Sequence record: CM010750.1
DNA length: 32,000 nucleotides
Strand: one strand, 5' to 3'
Below, piece by piece: positions 1 to 8,095 of the stretch. Numbering within the stretch: position 1 is the first letter of the stretch; every line of letters starts with the position of its first letter. The position numbers and the translations under genes were made by a program. The notes below the pieces were generated by a model. That model worked only from the letters and a program-made list of their open reading frames with translations, was not told the DNA's origin and did not search any database.

Positions 1-1025
1 AAATGCTTATGTCTACTTAGAGGGAAGCCAATACAAATAGATTAAAATGTACGTACATACTACTCCTCTTCATAAGTCAGGTAGTTAACCTTAAGAAGAC
101 CTTTATCTCACCACAAACCTAATGGGACATTACCTCTACTCATTAGTAATGATAGAGATATCCTGTAGACAACATTACAGATACTAACTCTCCTCATGGC
201 ACATCAACCACTCATAAGATACCCTTATACAACTACCTATCTATATATATTACACAATACCTCCACTAACCTACCTATACTTACATATTCACTCCTCCTC
301 TCCCCTAGAGGTACTATTTGCATAAGTTCAGAGGTTATTGCTATGTCATTACAAGTAATGTTATTTAGTTCTCCTTTAGTTAATGGGTGATGGTTAACAG
401 AAGTTAAGTGTAGTGTTGCTATGGTACTAGAGGGAAGTAATAAGATGTTGGGATGTAGGACACATATGGTACTAATCTTTTGGGTATAAAAAAGCTAGAG
501 GAGATCTCTCAGTGGGTTGAAATAATATATATAAGTATTAATGTGTTATAGAGTCAGGTAGGATTGTTATAATATATGTTAGCAGTGGTCCTGCTTAAGA
601 GGTTATAGAGATAATAGTAGGGGACAGGGACACCCTCCTAGATATACACGCCCCCCCCTTCGGGAGTAGCATATCACAGCGTAAATAAAAGTGAAAGTTA
701 CGTTGCCAGCACATAAGGTAGAAGATAATGCTAGAGCCTCCATCAGAAATAATGGATGGTAGAACCATCAGCAAGGATGGTTCTTATCTTCTCTCATGTT
801 ATCTTATGTGATCTGATATCCCTGCCTCTCCTCTCCTCTTTTCGGGTCGTAGGTCCCTCTCTTCTTCTCTTATATTCTGGGGAGCGTAGATTAGATTAGA
901 TAGATTAGGATAGGTTATGTCCCCCGGGATCCCCGGGGGGATGTACGGCCCCTCGGGGCCTACCACGGTGGGGTGACCCTTATAATCTAATCTAATATAA
1001 TCTAATATAATATATCCTACACCCC

Positions 1026-1054
1026 TCCTCTCCTCTCCTCTCCTCTCCTCTCCT
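1026..1054. repeat. pentanucleotide microsatellite (TCCTC)n, about 6 units
   Basis: tcctctcctctcctctcctctcctctcct, read directly from the sequence. Confidence 0.9.
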
Positions 1055-1245
1055 TCGGTACCCTCTTGACTTACCTATGTTCCCTACGGGCGGGGTAGGA
1101 TAGAGGATGGAATCAGTTTTAGGTAGGAAGAGTATAAAATAGGAGGAATGATGATGAAAGATACTAATTTTATTTACACCTATCGTAAAGAGAGGGGTCC
1201 CTTGGGGAGCAAGGAGTGAATTTACCTCTACAGAGGTGTTTAGGT

Positions 1246-1308
1246 CAGTTGGTTTACCCTTAGTTTATCCTACACAGAACGTGGGTTCGAGTCCCGCCTA
1301 GCTGATAA
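1246..1308 (+). other. tRNA-like 3' half (T-arm plus acceptor-like strand) with no foldable D or anticodon arm
   Basis: There is a 5-bp T-stem (4 Watson-Crick pairs plus one G-U), gtggg/cccgc, around the consensus T-loop ttcgagt (1281-1297), followed by ctagctg+a. The only possible 5' partner (cagttgg, 1246-1252) leaves 28 nt, too short for a cloverleaf. It overlaps the upstream end of the open rps3 frame. Confidence 0.35.
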
Positions 1309-1321
1309 GAAGAGCAATTCG

Positions 1322-2452
1322 GTGGTAGCACAAGTACACACAAAGAGATATATGGAACACAATAATAAAAATAAGATATCCCTACGGGATAAGAAGAAGC
1401 ATATGAAGGATAGTGGCCGGGAGAGATCACCCCAAAGGTCCTCTTCTGTGCCCGCTAAGCGGGCAACGGGGGTAGCCAGGGCTAGAGAGAGAGTGCCCTC
1501 TCCGAGGGAGACCCTAGGAAATAAGGGTCACTCCTCAGATAGGCTATGATCAACCCCCCATTACATGGGGGGCAGTCCCTTCAGAATCAAGTTCGACATC
1601 GCCCGGAGGTGGCCCGCGACCCTAGCGCCGCGAGCGGTAAATAATAAGAGTAAGAATATAACACTACCAGCAACACCGGAAATGCACCCCACTTTAGAGT
1701 GGTGCAAAGTTTACACACCTATCGTAGATCCGTACTCTCGAGAGAGAGTGACTCAGGGATGTAAGATGGTAGTCATGGCTACGAGCTATCGTAGCGTACA
1801 CCGGGGTCGTGGAGGGTCCTCCTACCATCCCCTAGGTTTACACTCCTACAGGGGTCTGCGAAGGAAAAGGAGTGATGTGCACCTTCGAAGTAAAATAAGT
1901 AGGAGTGCGCTGTCATGGCACAGGCATGAGCCCCTGTTGTCCCGACAGTGGGCAACTTCAAAAATTCAAGAACAATTGGGAGGAAATGAGAGAGATGCTA
2001 TGATAAAACTAAGTGGAGGAAATTATAAGTTATTTTTAAGTAAACATAAGGTAATAAAGAAAATAATAAAAGATAATTTAAAACTTTTAGAAATTTCGAA
2101 GCTCACACATGTTGTCGCCAAACGGCATGACCCTCTATCTACAATAAATTGAGGAAGGTCCCCTCGTCAGAGAGGGAGCTGACTCAGAGTGGCAAGTGTA
2201 AATTTTTGAATAACAACAACTTGGTTAGCCATAGGAGAGCTATTTAGTCAAATTAAAAAAGTTAGAAAGAATAGAGGTATGTATCTTCAAGTTTCAGGGC
2301 GATTAGGGAGAGCGAAAATGGCAAGGAAAAAAAGGTTCAAAAAAATTTGAGGGGTTGTGAATAACGCATCAGCCACAACGAAGGGAGAATTTAGTTCTCA
2401 ACAGATTCATACAAAATTAGGAGTAATAGGATTAAAAGTTTATTCATGTTAG
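1322..2452 (+). CDS. rps3: ribosomal protein S3 (bacterial type); the C-terminal domain is clear, the N-terminal part is swamped by an in-frame GC-repeat cluster and the start is uncertain
   Basis: Under code 4, frame 2 is open from 1244 to TAG at 2450-2452, and the track ORFs 1322-1549 and 1565-2152 are joined by TGA codons. The C-terminus, IGELFSQIKKVRKNRGMYLQVSGRLGRAKMARKKRFKKIWGVV..SSQQIHTKLGVIGLKVYSC, matches the S3 C-domain pattern (SGRLxGAEIAR ... YGVIGVKVWI). IKLSGGNYKLFLSKHKVIKKIIKDNLKLLE resembles the KH region. At least five in-frame TGA codons occur. Confidence 0.6.
1414..1955. mobile_element. GC-rich palindromic element cluster lying inside the rps3 reading frame
   Basis: There is an abrupt AT-to-GC composition switch. 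The cluster contains family members also found in spacers, for example gatggtagtcatggctacgagctatcgtagcg at 1765-1796 (copies at 2511-2540 and 5523-5554) and the junction motif ctatcgtagatc at 1719-1730. No TAA or TAG occurs in the rps3 frame. Confidence 0.75.
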
Positions 2453-2454
2453 CT

Positions 2455-3130
2455 TGCCGGCATAGAGGTAGATTGAGAGAGAGATATCGTAGATCTGTAC
2501 CGGGGTGTACGATGGTAGTCATGGCTACGAGGATCGTAGGTCCCCCGACCGTACATGGTGGAGGATGTGGGTCCCTCCTACATCTTCGATGGTGGAAGCA
2601 GTAAAGCCTGGTGGTGGGGACACCCTCCTATGTGTAGGTGTACACCTACGGGTACACGCCCTCTCCCTCTCCCTCCTTCGGAGTCCCCCACTCTTGAGTG
2701 GGGATCAGATCCGAAAAGAGGGGAGGAGAGGGCAGGGATGTGAGATCCATCCTTCCCTATGGAGCCTCTACCATCCCCGGGGGGATGAGGCATAAGATAA
2801 AATCACATAAGATGAGATCCATCCCTTCGGATCTACTATGCCCCCCCCTCCCCTCAAAAAAAGAGAGGGAGATAAAGGTAAATGTAAACACACCTCCTCC
2901 CCCCTCTCGAGAGGGAGCAGAGAGAGCCCTCGAGTGGTGGGGGACAGGCAGTAGCCCTCCTAGATATACACGCCCTCTCTACGAGAGTCCCTCCCCGGAA
3001 CCCCAGCGGGACACCTCCCCGTATCACGGGGAGAGAGGGGACCCGGGGAGGTGTCCTATCCTATCCTGTTCCGTCCCTTCGGGGTTGGACCCTCCCCGGG
3101 TCCCTCCCGAGTAGCATCCCTCGGGAATCA
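2455..3130. repeat. intergenic cluster of GC-rich palindromic elements (rps3-rps14 spacer)
   Basis: It is made of recurring modules: ggtggaggatgtgggtccctcc (2557-2578), cccactcttgagtgggg, ggcagggatgtgagatccatccttccc.atggagcctctaccatc (2731-2775) and ggggagagaggggaccc. The track ORFs here (2505-2795, 2698-3114 and others) are repeat artefacts. Confidence 0.9.
2681..2843 (+). repeat. composite roughly 150-nt multi-hairpin repeat, copy 1
   Basis: It aligns end to end with 10957-11104 (inside rns), with 5 substitutions and one 15-nt indel counted by eye. Confidence 0.9.
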
Positions 3131-3138
3131 TAATCAAG

Positions 3139-3435
3139 ATGAAGAACAAAGATAAAATAAGAAGAAAATTAGTAGAGAAATGAGAATTAGAAAGAATAAA
3201 ACTAAATGTAATAAGAAAAAATAGTGAAAGTCCTAAAAAGTTACGTTTATTAGCGGAAAAACGTTTAGGAAGTTTACCTAGAAATTCCTCTATAGTTAGA
3301 GTTAGAAATAGGTCATTATTAAAAACAAAAGAGACTGGAAGAGGAATTATAAAAAGTTTAGCTTTAGATCGAATAACTTTAAAAGAAGAAATAACAGAAG
3401 GTAATATTCCAGGCTATAGTCCTTATAGTTATTAG
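3139..3435 (+). CDS. rps14: ribosomal protein S14
   Basis: ATG at 3139 to TAG at 3433-3435, 98 aa with one in-frame TGA. LPRNSSIVRVRNRSLLKTKETGRGIIKSLALDRITLKEEITEGNIPGYSPYSY matches the S14 C-terminal pattern (LPRxSSxxRxRNRCxxTGRxRGxxRxFxLSRIxxRExAxxGxIPGxxKxSW). The composition is AT-rich and coding-like. Confidence 0.85.
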
Positions 3436-3451
3436 TCCCATTAGCTTCAGA

Positions 3452-3477
3452 CCCGCTATCTCTCTATCTTTAGCGGG
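3452..3477 (+). other. stem-loop 17 nt downstream of the rps14 stop (possible 3' processing or stability signal)
   Basis: A 7-bp stem, cccgcta (3452-3458) paired with tagcggg (3471-3477), encloses a 12-nt loop. Any function is inferred only. Confidence 0.3.
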
Positions 3478-3693
3478 CCTGTATAATACGAGGGTGGAGG
3501 AGAGGGGAGGCAGGGATGTGAGATCCATCCTTCCCAATGGAGCCTCTACCATACACTTACACTAGTGAATAGAAAGTGTGGTTTACATACATACACTGGG
3601 GGGAGTGACCCTGCCGGTAAGGTAAGATAGGATCCATCCTCCACTCCCCTCGAGGAGTGGAGGAGATGAACGAGCTCCTACACTGGGAGATAC

Positions 3694-4122
3694 ATGAGAG
3701 TAAAAGATTATATTTGTGATAATTATGGAATAGGAAAAAAGCAATTAACTGTAATAATAAAAATATTGGGACTTTCAAAGGATGCTAATATCAATAGTTT
3801 AGCTAAATTTGAAAAGAAAAAGTTAAATGGATATTTAGAAAAAAGATCAAAGATTTTATCTCGACCATCCCGTGGGGGTCCGCTGTCCCCCCGAGACGGG
3901 GTGTCCCACGAGGGCTCGGCCACCCTGCCGTCTCTAGAACAGGGGGGAGGTCTGCCTATAAATAAAAATTTAAAATACATTGTAAAAACAGATATTGAAT
4001 ATTTGATAAAATTAAATAATAGAAAAGGACTAAGACACAGATTTAGGTTGCCTGTTAGAGGACAAAGAAGTAAAACCAATGCCAATACTCGAAAAAGATT
4101 AAACCCTATTCCAGACCTGTAG
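3694..4122 (+). CDS. rps13: ribosomal protein S13 carrying an in-frame 96-nt GC-rich insert
   Basis: The ORF has YGIGKK near the N-terminus and KGLRHRFRLPVRGQRSKTNANTRKR near the C-terminus, matching the S13 signature [25 protein letters not shown]. Without the insert, the spacing between conserved blocks matches bacterial S13. Confidence 0.85.
   Translation: MRVKDYICDNYGIGKKQLTVIIKILGLSKDANINSLAKFEKKKLNGYLEKRSKILSRPSRGGPLSPRDGVSHEGSATLPSLEQGGGLPINKNLKYIVKTDIEYLIKLNNRKGLRHRFRLPVRGQRSKTNANTRKRLNPIPDL
3861..3956. mobile_element. GC-rich hairpin element inserted in frame in rps13 (about 32 extra codons, no stop)
   Basis: AT-rich coding sequence switches abruptly to tcgaccatcccgtgggggtccgctgtccccccgagacggggtgtcccacgagggctcggccaccctgccgtctctagaacaggggggaggtctgcc and back. 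Internal hairpins include ccccg-aga-cgggg and gacgg..ggtg/cacc..ccgtc. Confidence 0.8.
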
Positions 4123-4385
4123 ATGGTAGAGGGCTCCCAAGGGATCATATACTATATGGTGGAGGATGTGGGTCCCTCCCCCTCTCCCTCCTTCGGAGTA
4201 CATCCTTCCTGAAGGCAGGGTACCCTCTAGCATGGTGGGGTGACCCTCCTACATCCCCGGGTACCCGGGGGATGGTAGAGGCTCCATTGGGAAGGATCTC
4301 ATCTTACAACCATCCTTTCGGATGGTGGAGGGCATAGTAAATTTAGCTTCTCGGAGGGGCAGGAAGATAACAAGGATGCAGAGAC

Positions 4386-5117
4386 ATGAGATTAAAAAAT
4401 TATTATAAAACTATATTAGCTGAAGATATTTTATTAAAATTGAATTGTAAGCCGGAAAGAATTAAAAGTGCTCAAAATCCTATTTTTAGTATACACCTAA
4501 GTTCTTCTGCTGCCGTAGAAAATAAGGTAGAATTACTTCCATTAATTTTAATCTTAGAAGTAATGAGTGGACAAAGACCTAAAACTACTAGAGCTAAACA
4601 TTCATTATCTAATTACAGATTGAAAAAAGGAATGGAAATGGGTTTAAAGGTGAATTTACATGGGGAAAAAGCTTGAGAATTATTAAATATTTGATCATCT
4701 ATGATATTACCTTCTTTACTATATTATGAAATGACAAAAAATAGTCCCCTAGTCTATCAGAAGGGAATTATCTCCAGTAGTTTACCTGATATAGCTAGTT
4801 TACCGGAAATATCTCTCAATAAGTATGAATGAGATTGATTGCCTAAAAATAAAAGTGGATTAGATATTCAAGTTAATTTGAACTTTCCTGCGAGCGGCGA
4901 GCCCCGCTCGCTAGTTCAAAGGTGGCCGACCTGCGGGCCCTATAGATCCCGACAGACATCACCTCATCTTCCAAGGGATGCTTATAGATATGTCCCCGGA
5001 GATAATACTCGCAGTCCCTGTGGGCAATACCATTTTCAATACTTACCAATATCACCGTCCCCTGTCACACACCCAGAGGGTGAGGGCTTAGACATTAAAA
5101 ATTATGACAACATTTAA
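4386..5117 (+). CDS. rpl5: ribosomal protein L5 with a roughly 75-aa C-terminal extension
   Basis: Under code 4 the track ORFs 4386-4676 and 4839-5117 are one frame joined through four TGA codons. [19 protein letters not shown].., [41 protein letters not shown] and [10 protein letters not shown] match L5 blocks (YY..V...L, ISGQKPxxTKARKSxAxFKxRxGxxxGxKVTLRGxxMWEF, RGLDIxIxT). The TAA at 5115-5117 overlaps rps12 by 14 nt. Confidence 0.8.
4890..4911. repeat. perfect 8-bp palindromic hairpin at the start of the rpl5 C-terminal extension
   Basis: gcgagcgg (4890-4897) pairs with ccgctcgc (4904-4911) around the loop cgagcc. It is single-copy in this window. Confidence 0.7.
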
Positions 5118-5489
5118 TCAATTAGTAAAGAATAAGGGAAGAAAAATTAATAAAAAAACTAAATGTAAAGTGCCTGCCCTAAAGGGAAATCCACAATTAA
5201 GAGGAATTTGTTTTAAATTAACCATTATGAGACCCAAGAAGCCCAATTCCGCACAACGGAAAATTGCTAAAATTAAACTCTCTAATGGAAAAAGAATTGT
5301 TTCTTATATTCCTGGAGGACCCCATAACCTACAAGAACATTCTGTTGTGTTAGTAAGGGAGGAAGAACTAAAGATCTACCTGGAGTTAAATATAAAGTGA
5401 TTAGAGGTAAATATGACTTAAAACCACCTAAATACTCCAGAACAAAAGGCCCGAGTAAATATGGTCTTAAGAAAGATGTTGTAGCCTAG
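5104..5489 (+). CDS. rps12: ribosomal protein S12, interrupted by a -1 frameshift near 5356-5360
   Basis: Frame 1 (5104-5358) gives [76 protein letters not shown]. Frame 3 (5358-5489, TAG) gives [43 protein letters not shown]. Together these are collinear with bacterial S12 (..KKPNSALRK..[30 protein letters not shown]..). Confidence 0.85.
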
Positions 5490-6390
5490 CCTAGCCCACC
5501 AACAAGGGGCGATGAGACATCAGATGGTAGTCATGGCTACGAGCTATCGTAGCGGACACCCCTCCTACACGCAGGCCCGCTCTCCCGAGTAGCATATAAT
5601 ATAATAGCACCCCCCGGGAAAAGAGACTGTAACATCAGATGGTAGCCTGCTACGAGGGTCGTAGGATAGGATAGCGTACACCCCGGTGGTAGATCCGAAG
5701 GACCCCCCCCCCCGACGGGGGGGTGTAAGCTAAGCTACGATGTCTGGCTCAGACATCTACCACCCTCCCCCAGTGTCACTGTCATTCACCCCCCCCCAAG
5801 GGGAGGGGACAAGATAAGACACCTCCCCGGGTGCTTATCCGGGGAGAGAGGGGACCCTGAAGGGAAGGGACAAGATAAGACACCTCCCCGGATAAGCACC
5901 CGGGGAGAGAGGGGACCCCGAAGGGCTACGGAAGTGAACGAGCCTATGGGATCCATCGGATAGCTAACTGCCTGCCTCTACGATCTCTTCCCCCCATCAC
6001 AAAAGCCCTCCTGGTCTACACCCCCCTAAGAGCGGGAGGATGATCCCCGCTCCGCGGGGATCCGAAAGGAGGGCTGTAGCATATCTTAGAGCCATCCTTC
6101 CTGAAGGCGGGCTCCCTGCCTTTACCATATCCCTTCGGGATAAACTACTCCATTATAAGGGAGGGAAACTACTGCCGAGTGAATGACACTAAAACTCAGG
6201 AGTGTAGGAAGGTCCCCGAGTGTCAGAGGGAGGGGAGCAGAGCAGATGTGACTCAGACTAGGCTACTGCCTTCCTCCACTCGGAGAGGATAGCAGATGTG
6301 ACTCTCTCTGGTGGGATCTACAGGCGCACGCTTTAAATAGCATGTCTAGGTAAAGGGAGGGTGAAGGAAGCAGGCCACCCCTCCCTAGTT
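5490..6390. repeat. largest GC-rich palindromic element cluster in the window (about 0.9 kb)
   Basis: Nested copies of the common modules are present: gatggtagtcatggctacgag.. (5523-5554), ggggagagaggggaccc units, an 11-C run near 5705 and many TTCG/CGAA-capped hairpins. Confidence 0.9.
5806..5925. repeat. tandem pair of 59-nt units differing by inversion of an 8-nt hairpin loop
   Basis: Unit 1 (5806-5864) reads ..cctccccgg-gtgcttat-ccggggagagaggggaccc. Unit 2 (5867-5925) reads ..cctccccgg-ataagcac-ccggggagagaggggaccc. The cores at 5831-5838 and 5892-5899 are exact reverse complements, while the asymmetric flanks are unchanged. Confidence 0.9.
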
Positions 6391-7577
6391 CAATTTGATA
6401 AAATTAGAGTTATACTACTCGAGGACAAAAGTCCAGTTCACTTAAGTGAAGGGGGGCGACCTTTCAGTACAGACCGCTTAAAAAGAAAGTCTTCCCTCCC
6501 CTTTACGGGGAAAATTATGGTATTCTTGGTGTGCGTAGTGCAAAAAAGTACTCCTATAAAAAATAAAGTTAACCACCTTTATGATCATCATACAATATCC
6601 CTATATCTAACTAATTTTATCCCACACGCTCTTGATGATCTCCGTGAAGTGGTTACTATAGACCAGTGAATGGGCCAGAGTATCTCTAGAAGTGTATTGT
6701 TATTATATAATGTCTATATGCGTAGGGGGTGTGTTCATTTGTCAACCAGTTTACCCCTGATCTTAGCTTTCAGACCCTCCCCAATGGTACGAATAATCAG
6801 AGTGTTTGTGTGGAGAGATGTGTACCCCAATATCTCCAAGATAATACATGGTTCGATTCCACCCTACTCCCATACGACTATCAGACCCATTCTACTCCTA
6901 TGTGTGTCTATGTCGCGAGATGAGAGAGGTGTCCCTATTCACTAGGAGTCCACCCATAATTTAACTAAGTTCTAAATGGTGGAGTCTATCAGTGTTCCAA
7001 AAAGTGGAATAGCTAGAAACGAATTAGTTTTCTCATCTCTGGTGAGGAACGGTTTATGTACTTTAATCTAAACTTCCCAATAGTAAAGCAGAGGCAGGCC
7101 TCCGAAGGGATAACTTTTACATCCCTCCCCCCTCCCCCCTTGGAAAGGGGGAAGGGGGCGGGATGGTAGAGCCATCCTTTGACTATCTCTACCCACTACC
7201 ACTTTAGATGTTTATAAAGTTTTTAACCAGTAGTGAAGGAAAATTCTCCCGACCTTATAGATGACTTTCACAAAATTAGGAAATGTACATACACCTAAAA
7301 AACTGATGATACTTTCTAAAAACTGGTTTGTCCTTTAAAGAAAAGTTGGTGGGTGAGTAATAAAAATAGATAGATAGATATAAGACTATTGGATCTAAGT
7401 AAATTATGAATTGTAGGAACTTCACAGGTTCACTGGGCAACCTAAATGGGTACCTTTATATAATTTGATGCCACCACAAGGAGATTATCGTTTATAAGCC
7501 ATTGTGGAAATTACATGCCACAGTCTTACTTACTTAAGTTTAATAGATATAATCGTAGACACTTATTATACACCTAT

Positions 7578-7650
7578 GCCGACGTAGCTCAATAGGTAGA
7601 GCATTCGTTTTGTAATCGAAAGGTTGGGGGTTCAATTCCGTCTGTCGGCA
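7578..7650 (+). tRNA. trnT: tRNA-Thr (anticodon UGU)
   Basis: It folds as a 73-nt cloverleaf: acceptor gccgacg/tgtcggc, D-arm gctc-aataggta-gagc, anticodon loop tttgtaa, T-loop ttcaatt. There is one mismatch in the T-stem and a U-U pair closing the anticodon loop. Confidence 0.85.
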
Positions 7651-7769
7651 ATGACATAAATATCTTATCTGAGACACACCCTAGTGAGTATTAATTCTCT
7701 ATTTGTCAACAGGTAATGGGTAAGCATATAGAGTGTTGGGTGTACATAAAATGGTAGTATGAGAGGTCT

Positions 7770-8095
7770 ACTATCGTAGAGGGCAGCTCAGATATCCCGA
7801 GGGTAGGGTAGGGTAGGGTACCCCGGGGGTACCGAAGGAGGGGGAGGGTGTCCCTGTCCCCCCTAAAACTAGACTACGGAACCCCGAAGGGGAGAGCCGC
7901 CTCCCCGGGTGCTTATCCGGGGAGAGAGGGGACCCACAGCCTCCACCACCCTCGTATTATACAGGCAGTCTTCCCGAGGGGATACACGCGTAGCGGTATA
8001 TCGTGAAGGGGGGGGAGCTAGTTCTATCTTTGCACTTCTACACGCCCTCTCCCTCCTACGGGGTAATTTAGTTTGATAGCTAAGGAGTCTCACCA
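7770..8095. repeat. GC-rich element cluster containing a (GGGTA)4 G-quadruplex motif at 7801-7820
   Basis: tagagggcagctcagatatcccgag-gggtagggtagggtagggta-ccccgggggtaccgaagg..gtgtccctgtcccccc, followed by a ggggagagaggggaccc unit. The track ORF 7869-8096 (-) is a repeat artefact. Confidence 0.85.

Noticed and set aside
2505-3114. Long track ORFs inside GC clusters (for example 2505-2795, 2698-3114, 16517-16888, 21949-22226), some with recurring peptides such as MVEDVGPSY..
   Set aside because: They lie wholly in repeated palindromic DNA and are open on both strands simply because GC-rich sequence lacks TAA and TAG. The recurring peptides only reflect repeated DNA, and no protein motif is seen.
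3861-3956. Byp-like translational bypassing of the rps13 insert
   Set aside because: No identical take-off and landing codons flank the insert, and it is stop-free and in frame. Read-through translation is therefore the simpler hypothesis. The question is kept open in the findings.
6421-6480. RNase P RNA (rnpB)-like motifs: gaggacaaaagtcc (compare CR-I GAGGAAAGTCC) and acagaccgctta (compare CR-V ACAGAACCCGGCTTA)
   Set aside because: The two motifs are only about 35 nt apart, the P4 pairing between them forms at most 4 bp, and no P1 is evident. This is probably chance, but a covariance-model search would settle it.
6361-6945. Code-4 ORF of about 195 codons (track ORFs 6361-6669 and 6670-6945 joined by TGA)
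   Set aside because: There is no similarity to any mitochondrial protein family I recognise. The composition is mixed and it includes a tRNA-like T-arm. It is left unannotated.
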